A DNA stretch of 64,000 nt from Amoebidium appalachense (lineage: Eukaryota; Protista; Ichthyosporea): positions 9,157,408 through 9,221,407 of the forward strand of contig CAVNZM010000009.1 in NCBI GenBank assembly GCA_963693365.1. Direction: 5' to 3'. A model generated the notes under the pieces. The model saw only the letters and a program-made list of their open reading frames with translations. It did no database searches and was not told the DNA's origin. A program made the translations under genes and the position numbers. This document shows, in pieces, positions 28,691 through 43,514 of the stretch; position 1 is the first letter of the stretch; each line of letters starts with the position of its first letter.

Positions 28691-29765
28691 GACACACACA
28701 GACACAGTGTCACACATGTACACAGGTGCAGACGAAGCACCACCTGGCCCACCAAACTGTTGGATTAAAGTAAGAAGATATATCCTCCTGTTCATCCACA
28801 CGTTTTTTGATGGTAGCTTCGTGACCACATTACCTCGAGTGATCACGTAGTAGGAGAAGAATTCGATTCATTCACCGTGACTGTGGTGATACCCATTCTG
28901 CGATTTGCATGCTTGGGCGTGGCACCACGTGAAAAAATTTGCACAACTAATGTGTAGTGATCAGTAGATACGGCCGGTGCTCAGGGCCCAGTCCACTGCC
29001 GGTTTGCCAAACGGGCATCACAGAGTCATCCAACCAGCACCTACCGCACCTACCACCATCACACAGTGTCAACCTTGGGCTTCCTGTGGCCCAACCCCAT
29101 CGCAGGATCCTGTCAGTGTTGAATAAACACGACCACGTCCTGATACAAAGTCATGCGGCCAGGCGCATACCACAATAATTTTCGCTTCAATGATCAGGGT
29201 GGCTATGTAAAAGGTGATAACCGATATGGGTGCTTGGGCCGTGCCCAGAAATGCGGCAATAGTTCTCAGAATAGACCTTCTGATTAAAAAAAAAAAATTA
29301 AACCGACTCATATCGATTGATCAAGTGATCACATGATGTTCCTTTTACTGCTGTAGCTAGACTTCTGGACACCAGTAGTAACGATAAAGTATGCCATCAA
29401 TGAGAGAAAACCTATATACGTACTACACGCCTCGAACTTTCTTTGTTTGCCTTCAAGTAGTTAGTAAAAAAGATGTGCCTACAGTAATCCTGCGAACTGT
29501 GGAATTGATCAGACATCAGTGCATGATCATGAATGACGGCCTGGTACCGGTCGGGATCGATATCCCCGGCGCCGGTCGTGCATATGCGCGCGGGCAACGA
29601 CTGAGATGAACAGCAAATTGGTGGTTATGTAAATCCTTTTTTCTGTTCCTATATTATCTTTTGCCACACTAAATAGATAGATGGAGCACTGCAGGGCAGA
29701 GACGGGCTGTCGGTGCACAAATGATTGGTCCTTCTAAAAACTTGGTGACGTGCATGGGCTGGAAA

Positions 29766-29901
29766 CAGGGCCAGATCTTTCTTTACAGTGCCCACTGCCC
29801 ACTGTGCCACTTGGACCTAAAAACGCCACCTGAAACCCGAAAAAAGCCACTTGACATGGAGCGCTGCCAGGTCCACTGAACTCAGGGCCAGTGGACCTAA
29901 A

Positions 29902-29953
<52 letters not shown>

Positions 29954-30048
29954 GTTGAGTGGAAGTGGAATACAGGCAAAGTTGCCAAAATACAAGTGCG
30001 CCACTTTACAAACAAGCCACCCACTCCTACAACATATTTCAAGCCCTG
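29766..30048. mobile_element. hAT-family MITE (283 bp)
   Basis: Perfect 8-bp TSD GCTGGAAA (29758-29765 / 30049-30056), termini CAGGGC...GCCCTG, many CCACT/AGTGG subterminal motifs and an internal (TA)n. Confidence 0.82.
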
Positions 30049-31223
30049 GCTGGAAAGCAGCGCACTGCCACGCTGCGCCCCTATTGGCGGGCTCACGAAT
30101 TGGCGCGCAGCTGCGTGGCCCATATTTGGGTTCAATAACTATCCACGGCCAATCAACCCCCTTCTAAGCTTTTTCACGTCAAGATCGGCATGCACTTTCT
30201 TAGATGGCGATACTCATATGTGCAACATTATGTAGTAGAATATGAAAGAGATATTTGTTACATCTTTTATTTAGAATGATTAGCAGTGTAGGTTCTCGTA
30301 AGATACGGCGTGGTTTGGTGCATTGATAGTAGCCATGGTCATATCTGATAACTTTGGCAATTTGCCTCCGGAGTCGCACGCAGAGAGGAGAGTTGCTCAG
30401 AATAAACCGTGGGAGCCAATCGGATCGCGGGCCTTAAAGAAAAGTTATAAGCCCAATCAAAAGTTGTCACGCTAGCCATATTTGGTGCCATCCTTTTCCC
30501 TTAGAGTCCGCTTAAGCAAACCGGGAATATCGACTCTAGGATCAAATTTCAAGCACATCATTTAGTAATTGCCTGCAAGGGTTTCGAAACCCCCCCCTTT
30601 GGGCGGTCAAATCATTAAATTGGTTCCGAAAATTCAAGATAAAGTAAAATTTAATTTCCCGTATAGAAAGGAAAATAGGGTTTACTCTGATGAATGGATC
30701 ATGGCAACGATAAGGCGCCGGTATATAATCTTGAGACACAACTTCTGAGCCGGCTTCGTGCCTCGTTCACTTCATTAGTTTTGCCATCTGCACACACACA
30801 CAGGCACACAAAAGCATGCGCACACGCCGGGGAGAGGGTGTCAGTTGGTGTCTGTGTGCATCTATTGTAATTAGCGGTGCGATCTGTTGATCATTCAAGC
30901 GTATGTCAGGACATGTTTTGTGCTCTGATTAGGCTGTGTGCTAACGACTTCCATTTAGCCGTTGGTTGCACATGAATGAAACACACACGTGCAGCCTTGA
31001 ACTAGAGTAGCATCGTTCGGTTTCTTCGCTGATATTATAAATTATAACTGGTCACAAATCAGAAAAGACTTGAATGGAGAAAAGACTTGAATGAAGACTT
31101 GATGGTCTGCGTGCATTTACCACACAGGGAAGTCAGCTGGACTTTTGTAGGAGTTACAGATGTTTTGATCCTCCCTGGTTTTGTTTCTTGCTAGGATTTA
31201 CTTTTTCTTTTACATTGCTGAAA

Positions 31224-34200
31224 ATGGAGGCAATGTCGACTACGCCAGACACGCCTAATTCGGGGGGTGGGAGTGACAAAGGAAGTAGCACGGCTAGGAA
31301 GTGTGGAAACTGCAGCACGGAAAAGTAAGTTTGCTGTTGGCGTGTGTGTGTGTCTGGGTGTTGTCTTCCATCACACATGTTGTAATGCGATTGTCCTCTC
31401 AAAGAACCTTAACATAAATCACTGCAGTTGAAGCAACTAAAGGATGGTCAGCACTATTCAACCACCTACTTCACTGTACTGTCATACATGTATCAATACA
31501 ACCAGTTGCTCGGTCTATTACACCCTCACGCTGCACCGCCACCCTTCATCTACAACAATGCGATATGATTATCCATTCTACCCATTTTCATACACACATA
31601 ACAAAAAAATAAAGTAGATGAGCAAACAGGCTATATAGCGACATTTGCACGAAAGAGAGAACAGCACACCGTGTAGCGCTCTCTTGTGCATGCTGCAGCA
31701 CGGGTGTGTGTGCTTGTGCCTTTGTGCGTGCACTATGCGTGCACATGCACATTGATGTATATGTGCTTGTGTGCATGTGTGTGTGTGTGCTTGTGTGCTT
31801 GTGTGTGTGTCTGTGTGTGACTTGTCTGTATGGGTTCAACAAGCATGTGTACACATGTGTGAGCACAGCGCAAGAAAACAGGGACGTGTGTGCTTGCACA
31901 CCAGTGTGTCTGTGCATAGCTGTGGGTTTACCAATAATATGCGGGTGTTCACGAAGGCTTATGCTGGTGCCTGCTTCCGTTTGGGGGTCCAAGGCATACA
32001 TTTCGGAGGTTTCATTATAAGTGCTTACCTTTTCGAATATCAAGCCGCCAGGTATCGATGACTCTAGTCATGCTCGGCACATGTCCCAGTTTTTTTATTC
32101 AAAGCGTATTTATGGACCCGGGACTATCATATTCATATATGAATATCAAATTCATTCAATTTGGAGTCAAGAATACGGCAGTCTCAAATTCACACGTCCG
32201 AGAACGATCGTGTTTAATCTGAGATGTGTTTGTGCGTAATTCAAGATCATCAATAACCGGTTCATTCGCGCATTTTTTTTTTTTTTGGCTCAAGACTATC
32301 AATAGTGTCAAATTTGCTCGATTCGAATATCAGGCAATGTGTGGCGATTGCACAACGAGCGTTTGAATTAAGTCCAAAAGACACCCGCAAAAGTTTATTG
32401 AGACCAAAGTTAAAAGTGAACATATGGTGATGCCTCGATGTCGAGAATACAGCATATAACACAAAGCCCCTGTTTCGTAGAGCTATATTAACTTTGCAAA
32501 ACCTGCCTTACCCAACTCCATCGTATAGATTTACACTATCTGAGGATAGATGCTCCTAAAGTTTCAAAATCGTTACCTGTTTATCGGGGGCAAGTGAGTA
32601 ACCATAAAATCATGAGCAGTCTAATTACTATTACCATATGAACAGCATGAAATGCCTTGAAAAAAATGGACATTTATGAACCTGGATATCGATGGCTATA
32701 TCTACAACTTTAATAATGAACAAGATTTCGTGGAGGGTTGTTGGCGTCAACATTGGTATACTGGCACTTTCGCATAGCTGATTTTAGAAACCCGTCAAAT
32801 GTTTTTGACTCCTACTTTCGTTTCCCGCAATCTGAGCATATCCTTGGGATATACGTGGCTTGTTATTTTTCACGGCCGCAAATCGGAGGGAATTTAGGTT
32901 TATGCCCCAGCTGGTTAATTCCACACCATGTGAGGCTACTCTTGTAGTAGCAAGAAGCTTACTGTTGTATGTCTCCTGTTTAGAAAAATGTACCCCATTC
33001 TACCCCCACCCTCCATCCCCCAGCCCCCACCCCTCCTCCAAACACACACAATATACACACACATACACGCCCGGGCCCCCCAACCCCTTCCCCTCCCATT
33101 TCTAGCACTTCCAGAAAAGTGACCCCCCCCCCCCCATCCCCCGGTCATGAATGTGTTCCTTTTGCCCTGCTCCTCATTCTAACCTCCCCTCCCCCCTCCC
33201 CACCTCCCTCCCCACCTCCCCCCTCCCCCCCCCGTCCCTCCTCCCCTCCCCTCCGCCCTCCAGGTCCAGCTGCTGGGCATACAGCAAGTTGGACCCCCCC
33301 GGTTGGCGCTGTCACACGTGCCGTGTTTATGAATACAACCACGGCCGTCTACGCCCTGCACATCTCTACAATAGGGTATTGAACCCCCCCCACCCCCCCC
33401 AAAGCCCCCCCTTGGCCCTCCCTGGAAACAACATCACCTACTTTCACCATGTGAACTTCTCCTAATTCCTCGTGCCCCCCTTCTACCCCCTCTCCTCCCT
33501 CTCTCTCTCTTCCCCTCCCTGTCCCGCCCCTCCCACCCCCTCCCACCGCCTCTACATCTACGTTTCCATCAAGTTCACCACCTAGCTTCCCATCGGCCGG
33601 GTCTCCCAAACCCCCTTCCCCTCCTCCTCCCCCATCCCCCCTCTCCCTTCTCTCGGAGCCTCTCCCTTGTCCGTCATCCTACCTTTTACTACTCCTCATG
33701 ATCTGCATTTCGTACTCCTTACTGTTGAAGTCTTCTAACCCCCCCCCCCCCCCCTCTTTTTTTTTTTTTTCCCCTTGCCCCCACACCAAAAAAAAAAACA
33801 AAACACAGACCAAGCGGAGTGAACGTGTGTGCGGCAACTGTGGGGTGACTGGGCCGTACAACCGGCACCGCAGCAAGCTGACGCAGGACATGAACTTCTG
33901 GATCTGCCATGCCTGCTACGTCTTTGAAAACACCCATGGGTACCCATCCCCCCCTCCCCCCCCAACCCCACCCACCCCCGGGGGAGATAGGCCCTGCTTG
34001 TTATGCATGCTCAAGAGGTGGGGAGGGGGAAGGGGAGGGGGAAGGGGGGGGAGGGGGGGGGGGGGGGGGGGGGACGGGGATATGTGGAGCTATTAGCATT
34101 TGATGGGCCGTGTTTACGTGTTCGTGTGGATGTGTGGGTTTGGGTGTGAGTGTGGATGGGTATGTCTGTGTGTTTGGGGGGGGGAGGAGAGGTGAGGGGG

Positions 34201-37038
34201 CAGGAGGTAGGAGGAAGGGGTAGGGGAATGTAGTCCAATACCGAGGCTAACAAAATCGTCATCATCGACAGGAAATCAAGACCGGCATATCTTTTTTCGT
34301 GGAACAGAGGAGCGCAAAACACAAGCCAAGCGGCGGGACTACATACTACAAAGGCCAAGGTATGCCTAGCAACAGCGCACATGTTCTTTGAAAAAAAAAG
34401 GAATTGGGTGGAGGGAGGGGTAAAGGGGGAGGGGAAGGGAAGGGTGGGTGAGGTTGGGGAGGCCGGGTAAAGACGAGGAAAGATGAAATAGCAGGAGGGG
34501 GCTCGAGGGGCGTTTGGGGGGGGGGGGGAGGGGGGGGGGGGGGACGAGGGGGTAGCGGATGGTGGGGGCTGGGGAGGGAAGGGGATCGAGGGGAGTTTAG
34601 TATTGGGAGTGGGCAGCGGGCACCATGCGAAGCCAAAAAAGAAGTAATGTGGCCTCAGGCTGCTAATGTATTTTATACATCATTAGAGTTTAACTATCTA
34701 AAAATACATCACCTCTCCCCCTCCCTCGCCGCCCCCCCCCCCCCCCCCTCCCCCCTCCCCCCCCCCCCCCCCCCGTTTTTGGTTGATGGCTTCCCCTAGC
34801 GGTCTGTCTATACTCCCCATTCCCTCTTCCACTCCCCCCCCCAACCCCCCAACAGCACGTCCCCCCCAAATCCCCCCCTCCCCCCTCCCCTCCCTCGCAT
34901 CCTTCCCTCCCCCCGCCCCTCCCCTCCCCCCCACCCCCCTTCGTGCCCTGCACCTATCTCACGCCCTCTCCCTTCACCCACATACACAGGGTACAGGCGC
35001 GTCACCCATCCCCGCCACGAATGACCCTCAATCGATGTGGGTTGAGGCAGTCGGTGCAGCCGAGCCTAGGCGCAGTAGTGATTCTGTGCTGTTGCGAAGG
35101 AGCAGTCTGGCATCTGCCAACAACTTTCTGGCTGCATCTACTGATGAGCTGACTACACAGCCGACCTTTAGTGTATGTATCCCCTCGCATCGTACCTCCC
35201 CCCTCAAGACGGGTGACCTACTCATGTTCAAGTGAAACAGTATCTGAGTTGGGTTTCGTTAACGAGGGGAATAGGTCGAAACTCGGGTACTGTGGATGAC
35301 GTGGGCCCCCCCTGAGGATGGGCTCTGCTTATTATGCATACTCTTTATGTATGGCTTGCATTCTGCATCGTGTTATCCGTTTGTTCTTGTGTACTTCGTA
35401 CTTTTTGACGCATTCAAAACCCCCCCCCCCCCCCCCCCTCCCCCCCCGCCGCAGCCTTTTCGGATACATACTCTATAGTGTTTGCTTTGCACAATCTATA
35501 TGTTGTCCGTCGTAAATATATCCCCCCCCCCCCCCCCCCCCATCTCTCTTCCCCACGATTTTGGATTTCCCGCCTTTGTGACGCTTTGTTGTTGCTCTTT
35601 GTTGTCTCCTCCATATTTCCAACCCTCTAACGCATACATCACCCCCCCCCCCCCCCCCCCTTCCTCCCCCCCTCCCCCCGCCCCCCCCCTTCCCTCGCTC
35701 AAACTCCAACCCCTAATTCATTCCCCAGCTGCACTCACACTCGCACACACAAGCAAGGTTGTGAACCCACTTGAGAGAGGTTAACGAGCCGCATAGGAAC
35801 CCCCCATATGAGCCTTCTGTTCATCATTTAGGTGGTATACGGCTTGCCTTTTCACTGTGTGTGTGTGTATGGGGGAGGGGCTAGGGCGGGAGGGAGAGGA
35901 AGAGGAGGGGGGATGCAACGGGGGAGGATAGTCTCCAAATCCTATGCCCCTATAATGTTCTAACGATCAACAACCATTTCCCAGCATCATATATCACCCG
36001 TCAAAATTTAGGTTCTGCACCACATTTAATCTGAAATTTGCTCAACTCACACACTGCACCCACCCACAGGCACCCCTTCTCCTACGTTCCAACTCCTACA
36101 CGGACAGTGACGGCAACTACCATCCGCCCACATACACGGGTGCCCACCATCCCTCGTGCCACTGCATGAAATGTCTCTTGGGCCGGCAGGAAGCACAGGC
36201 AAAGGCACAGGCACAGGCACAGGCCAAAGCACAACAGAAGCAGCAGCAAAACGAAAACGCACGTTTGCTTTCCTTTGACAGTCTTCAATCGATGGGTTTG
36301 ACACCCGCGTCGCTCGCACGCACCGCAAACACCCCCGGGCAGATGCTCCAAACGGCGCAGTCTACAAATGCGTACAGTGTTGGGTTCCCGAACGTGAGCG
36401 ATATTCAACAGGACGGGTGGGCCACACAGCAACCTATTACGGTGGCTTTGCGCGGCAGTGCCACCGGAGATGCGTATCTGACGGGTATGGGTGGGAACGC
36501 AAGTAGCGCGATGAGCCTAGCACAGACGATTGATGTGTTTGGACAGCAGACCCGCCAACGCTCTTCAACTACGAACGTTGAACTTGAGCAAATGTTAACC
36601 ACGCAACAACAGCAACAACTGCGCACACAGCGTGCCATACAACAACAACAACAACTCCAACAACAACAACAACAACTTCAGCAACAGCAACTTTTACAGA
36701 GACACCAAAGACAAATGCGCCTGCAACAACAACAACAAACACTCGCGCAGCCTCAGAGCACGCAGAGCACAGGCCCCGAAATGGCGGTTCAAACACTCCA
36801 CCCCCAGATTACACAACAGCAACTCACGGACGCACAGTACCAATATGAACTGCTCTATGGGAGGGCTTTGGATGCCCACCCGTCGTGGGAGCGCGATCGT
36901 ACTTTTGCAAGCGCAACCAATCAGGACACGTCGGGGGCGTCTTTTTTTGCTAAGCGCGTGCAGCAGCGCGATCTAGGGGGACTCGATGGACTGGCGGCGC
37001 TTGATGAGGTGAAGTTGTGGCAGGCGCGGCAGATGTAA
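31224..37038 (+). CDS. Transcription factor with two GATA-like C4 zinc fingers and a Gln-rich C-terminus (6 exons)
   Basis: Phase-consistent GT-AG exons: 31224-31324, 33264-33375, 33809-33939, 34272-34359, 34990-35172 and 36070-37038. Finger 1: CGNC-STEKSSCWAYSKLDPPGWR-CHTC-RVYEYNHGRLRP. Finger 2: CGNC-GVTGPYNRHRSKLTQDMNFWI-CHAC-YVFENTHGKSRP. The last exon carries poly-Q tracts. Confidence 0.82.
35204..35420. mobile_element. Dispersed intronic repeat, family A copy 1
   Basis: Near-identical to 58833-59047 and 60633-60850; more diverged from 53636-53845. Confidence 0.85.
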
Positions 37039-37908
37039 ATATCGCGAAATTTCAAGATGTATCCCGCTGCCTCGTATCCCCCCCTCCTCCTCCCCAAGGC
37101 CCCGTGCCGGTTCCTTTAGAGGTTTTCTTCCCCGATAATAGGGGTTTTTCGCTTGAATTTGTGTTGGTTTTACCCGTGTTTGTAATATCAAGACATTGAG
37201 GATGCTGTACTTTTTTTTTGGTTTTTATGCCGCAGGTTTCCCGGGTGTTTCAGAGTTCCGAAATTCAATACCATTGACTTCATACTGTTTAGAGCCAAGA
37301 AGGTTTGATCAGGCACACGTGTGTAACTGAATAGTCTCTGCTCATTGTTGATATTGATTGAATATAGCATGAACTGATTAATAGATAGGGAAGGCGCACT
37401 CTTAAGCATCCCATGAGTAATCCACCCTAACAGGTTTTGTTAAAGATTTCACTAAGTACCACTGATTAATTGATTGCTCTATCAATATGCACGAAGTACA
37501 TGTGAACATCACCACTTTGAATTTGATTATCATTGGCTTGTTCTTGTCGACGGGAAATCGAATTCCCGTATTTTTTCATCGTTTTATGATTATGGTTCAA
37601 GTTGTGTTTTCGATGATCCCCTTTTTAGTTTTTGTAAAGTGCATTATTCGATTAAGCTTAAAGTTGTGATGTTCTACTAGATCGGAAGTAAATGTTGCCT
37701 TGTCACGTTGAATACATGTTATATCTGATGAAGTGTTGAAAACCGTATACTTTCAATATTAGGCTGAAATGTGTGAATCGTATCTCAAGTCTTTTTTTTT
37801 TTATAGGAATTAATTTGTCCTAATTGTCCCACAGTGGCAGGTGCCATGTGCGCGTGCAGTAAATTTCTCATTTGAGCCGGAGTCCTTTATGGTAACGTTG
37901 AGTAAATA

Positions 37909-37960
<52 letters not shown>

Positions 37961-39260
37961 ACACCCACCCTTTCGAATTCCAGTCTCGAAGCCGGCTTTC
38001 AGGTAGGCCACCTGTGCCCCCCCCCCGTGCTTCCCTCACACACACGCGTACACGCGCGCGCGCGCACACACACACACACACACTGGCGTGTACGTGCGCG
38101 AGGGTGAGCATCCCCCCTCCCCCCCCCCCAACCTTCTCGCCCGCCCTCGCCGCTTCACCACATGTACACACACACACACAGACATGTACATGCATGCACA
38201 CACACAGTCATGATCGCATGTGTATGGTGTACACACGCTTCCACGGATAGTTATAGATGCTGGTGATCAATTCTATGCCTTGGATAGAGCTTTATTGGCA
38301 ATACCGCTATGTACCTGCACTTCGAAGCTGTACGAATGCAGCTCCATTTGAGCTTCACAAACCGATCACGATTAACCAAAAAATGACAAATAAACATCCA
38401 CCATTTTTTTTTAAAAAAAAACAAAAAACAAAAAAAAAACACCCACATTTTCTCATGAAACGTGCGACCAACCACCTCGAGCCACCAATGGAAAAAAAAC
38501 ATCCACAGCATGATAGTGAATCGATAGCATCTCACACATCTCTTACTGCGCAGTCAGCTAATTTACATGCAGATTATCTTCCTTTTATCTCACATCTAGA
38601 ACCATCTCCTTGTATCTATGCCTACATGTCCTGTATATCTAAAATGTCGCCCCCCCCCCCCCCCCAAAAAAAAAAAAAAAAAACAAAAACAAAAAAAACA
38701 AAAAAAACAAAACAAAAAGAAACAACCCTTAAGGAACACAACGTTCGTGGTTTTCTCATCACTCATTGCACGTCATACATTCCATACCTAGCCAAAAAAC
38801 ATTCTCTCGCGCACCATATTCTGTTTAATAGAAACTTATCGAAATTGATAGATTCACACACACACGCACAGAATCTAGCAGTGACCAACCAATACCTCAT
38901 GTACATCCCAACTCACCGAAATGTACAGGTCATCACAACTCCTCCCCCCCCCCCCCCCCCCCCCCCCCCCCCTTCCCGCGCCCCCTTACACACACACGTA
39001 CACACACGCCAAAAAAAAAAAAAAAAAAAAAGAGGGGGGGGGGGGGGGGGGAAAAGAAACACCGAGTCAAACCCTCGTGTGCTTCCACACCCACACCCAA
39101 ACTCACCCACCACCCACCCACACACCCAACCGCACAGACGCACGCAAAAAAAAACAAAAAAACAAAAAAAAACATGAAGCATCAACACACAAACTTGCAA
39201 CGGACCAATACCCTTATATCCTCCCCTGTTCAAACGCAAGCACGCCCACCACTACCACCA

Positions 39261-39979
39261 CTACAGGGGTGTCTTGATGCTGAAATCCCAGATCTTGATG
39301 GTGCTATCGTCTGACCCGGTGACAATGTTCGTGTCGTTGAACTGCAAAGCATTGACTGACGCCTTGTGGCATTGGATGGTGTGGATGCAGCGCCCTGAGA
39401 TATAATTGGGGTGAGATATTTGGAAAATTCAGGTATTTGATTGAGGTGAGATAGCCGGAAACATCAGATATTTGATTGGCGTGAGATAGACGAATATCCA
39501 GGTTTTATTGGGTGAGATAATCGTGAACATCCAGCTATTTATAGCATCCAAATTAATCCTTTCGTAAACTGAAGACGTATCTACCACTATACTAGTTGAA
39601 CTTAAAAGACTGATAGAAGAAAAAATGCATTACACAAGATCAGACTATGCTAAACATCGATCTAAAAAGAAGAATCAAACCTTTCGAATCACAAGAGCAA
39701 GCAGAGAGAGGGAGAGAGACGGGCAATTCTCTCACTACTTGCCATAGAAACAGCCCGAGACATCATGCTGCAGCGCCGGGGGGGGGAAGGGGGGGATACG
39801 GAGCGTGGTGCAAAGAGCGACTACACGATGAGAAACACAGTGCAAGACACATAAAGGCAAACGTAATTCAGTATTCCAGGATTCAAAATCAGCAACATAC
39901 GCAGTTTACAACATTAGCAGAACCCATCATCAAGGGGCGGTGTTGGGAGGTGGCGTGTGTGGGTTGTGTGTTTTGTGTG

Positions 39980-40073
<94 letters not shown>

Positions 40074-40337
40074 AGCACGGGTTTGAGGGGTTTGAAGGGG
40101 GGGGGGGGGGGGGGGGGGTGGCCATACCAGACTGCAGGTCCCAGACCTTTACGACTCCGTCCTGACTGCCACTGACTATGCGCAGGCTGTCAAATTGCAC
40201 AAAACTCACCCCTAAATCAAAGAAGGAAAAAGGAAAACAGAAGGAAAAAGGAAAAAGGAAAGCATGGAGAAAGAGTAGTGAGTGCGCTGTTTGTGTGTGT
40301 GTGGTGTGTGTCATGTGTGTGTGTGTGTGTGGGGGGT

Positions 40338-40383
<46 letters not shown>

Positions 40384-40412
40384 GTTTGTGTGTGTGTGTG
40401 GGGGGGGGGGGG

Positions 40413-40498
<86 letters not shown>

Positions 40499-40677
40499 TG
40501 GTCAGTATAAATATCGGGCCGGGAAGAGCAGCAATGAACAAAAGAGAGCAAAAGCAATGTGACGTTCTAAGCCGTTGCCAACAGGATATCTGCCAGGCAG
40601 GTGCCCTTAAATGCTTTGAAATGGGGTGGGTAGACGGGTTTGTGGTAGTATTGGTGATCTTGGTGATGTGTGTGTGT

Positions 40678-40749
<72 letters not shown>

Positions 40750-41361
40750 CGGATGTTGCATCTGTCAACAGATCGTTGAAAGGGAGGAGGAATGAAGAAA
40801 GGGAGGGACAGAGGGAGAGTGGGAGGACGAAAGTGAGAGAGAAAGAGAGAGAGGGACGGACGGAGGGGAGGGAAGAGTCATTAGGCAGAAAAAAGAAGTG
40901 CAATGAAAAGAATAGGGAGTGGGTAGTGTGCTACATCTATATTGGGTTCAATTAAGGAAAAGTATGCCTTTCGGGAAATGGCATGAACAGGGGGCAGACA
41001 GGAGGAGGGGAGCCTGTTTGTTAGCAAGCCCCCCCCCCCCCATGCGCACAACAAAATAACACTCAAATAAAAGAACAAAGGCAAGAGAAAGGGTCAGTGA
41101 GTGGGTGAGTGGGCGAGTCAGTGAGTGGTTGAGTGTATGACTCGACTGTGTGTGCGTGTGCGTGCACGCATATGTGGATGTGTGTGTGCAAGTGTGTGCG
41201 TGCGTGAATTCGTGTTAATTTTTTTCGCGTGTGCACTTTGCTCACCTGCCGTGTGACCAAAGTGAGTGTGAGTGCACTGGCCTGTGGATGCATCCCAGAC
41301 CTTGATGGTGTTGTCCATGCTGGCACTCACAATCAGGTTGTGCGACATCTGCGCACAGTTG

Positions 41362-41418
<57 letters not shown>

Positions 41419-41676
41419 CGCGTGTGTGTATGTGTGTTGGGTGGGTGGGTGGGTGGGGGGAGAGAGGCGGGTGGGGGGGGGGGGGGGGTGGGGAGGCTGG
41501 GTAAGGTGGGGAGGGGGGAGGTAGCATAGGCAATCAATGAGGGCGCCCTGGGTGGATATCGAAACAATGGGATGAAGATGCCGGGAGTGCCTCTACCCCC
41601 CTCCCTCCCCCCATCCCCCCCCCCCCCCCCCCCCCCCCCCCCCACACACACACCACCACCACCACCACCACCACCA

Positions 41677-41730
<54 letters not shown>

Positions 41731-42087
41731 CAAAAAAAACTCTTCCCAGATATCTTCACACCCACCCACCCACCTGCACGCGCGTACACACACACACACG
41801 GACACAGATCCACACAGATACGCACACATGCATCCCCCCTGATCCCCTCACCCCAAACCCGAACGACCCAAACTCGATCACACACCCACCTCCCCCCTCC
41901 TCCCCCAACCAGCCACACTCGCACATGCACTCCCCCCCCCCCCCCCCCCTCTCTCTCCACCCCCACTCACCCACACCACCATGTTCACCCACACACGCAC
42001 TACCCCCCCCCCCCCCCCCCCCCCCTGCGGCCCAAAAAAACACCCACCCACCACCCATATACCCATCCCCCCCCCCCCCCCCCCCCA

Positions 42088-42121
<34 letters not shown>

Positions 42122-42821
42122 CTGCATTATGCCCCTCGTAGACCTGCAGGCACATCTGTGTCTCTATGTCCCACAGCCTCAGCGTGTAGTCGTCACTTGC
42201 TGACAGCAGCTTGCCGTTGTGCAGACGCACACTGTTGATCTAAAAAAACACTGTAAGTAACTCCGGTTGTTGTACTCCGCCCCCATCCCCCCCCCCCCCC
42301 CCCCCTCCCTCCTCCTCCCCCCGCCCGGCCACGAGCCCGCCCGCCCACCCGCCCCCTCCTCGGGCGACTCCCCTCTTGTCACCACCCATCAGCCCATATC
42401 CACACACAACACAACTCCTTGGATTGCCCTCTCCCCCAACCCCTCCTCCCCACCCTCCAACACACACACAAGGCATAAAATGAATTATGCCCCCCCCCCC
42501 CCCTCCCCCCTCAACCTCCGCGCACCACTTCCACCCCCTTTCCCTGGGGGCTACCACCCAATCCACCCACCCCAACACAGCCAGCCAGCCAGCCAGTGAT
42601 CCACCCGCCCACCCACACCACCAGCAGCACTACCCGACGAAAACCACCAAACACACTTGCCCCCTTCCCCCCTCCCTCCTCCCCCCCCCCCAAACCACAC
42701 CCGTCGCTTAATCATCATGCAATAATTCAAACGCTGTATCCCTCCACTCCCCCCCACCCACACACATCCTCATCTCCCGTCCCCTTACCCCCCCCCCCCC
42801 CTCCCCCCCCCCCCCCCCCCC

Positions 42822-42856
<35 letters not shown>

Positions 42857-43479
42857 AAGGAACAGGGTACTCACAATATCCGTGTGGCCCCTCAGCACGC
42901 TACACCTCCCCCCGTTGAAGTTCCACACACGGATGCAGGCATCAGCACCGGCAGTGGCTAAATGCTCATCGTCAAACTGGGCATTGGTAGGTGGGTCAGG
43001 GTGGGAAACAGGAACAGTGGAAACGGAATGGGTAAATGGATTGGGGGAAAAGCGAACGAAAAGAAAAGAAATGAAAAAAAATTCAAATCACACGAAGAGA
43101 GACTATGTGAATTAGGCACGAGCAAGCCAACAAAATCAAGCAAAACAAAACAAACAAATCAAAACAAAAGCTTCTCTAAATTAATTGATGCTTAGGAACG
43201 GGTAAATCAGAAGTTTATTGGTGTTTGAATGAGTGAGCGGGCATGTATATTGTATGTACTGTACGAGAGAGAGAGAAAGTGTGTGTGTGTGTGTTGTGAA
43301 GGGGAAGGGGAGAAGGGGAGAGGGCGCAGTGAAGGGATGGACGGACATTGGACGGCCAGAGGGAATACAGGTGCTTGGGGGGTGGGGAGGGGGGCGGGAG
43401 CAAACTGTTCAAGTTAAAAATGGGGAGAGATTGGATGAAAAAAGGACGTGGATAAGAAGGACTCAACTGGGGGAGGGAG

Positions 43480-43514
<35 letters not shown>

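Noticed and set aside
32053-32694. 8-bp direct repeat TATCGATG flanking an AT-rich 630-bp segment in intron 1 of the GATA-like gene
   Set aside because: No terminal inverted repeats inside the putative TSD; could be chance.
38257-39177. 306-aa Lys/Pro/His-rich ORF
   Set aside because: It is driven by poly-A, poly-C and CA tracts, lies antisense to the F-box gene 3' region and has no domain.
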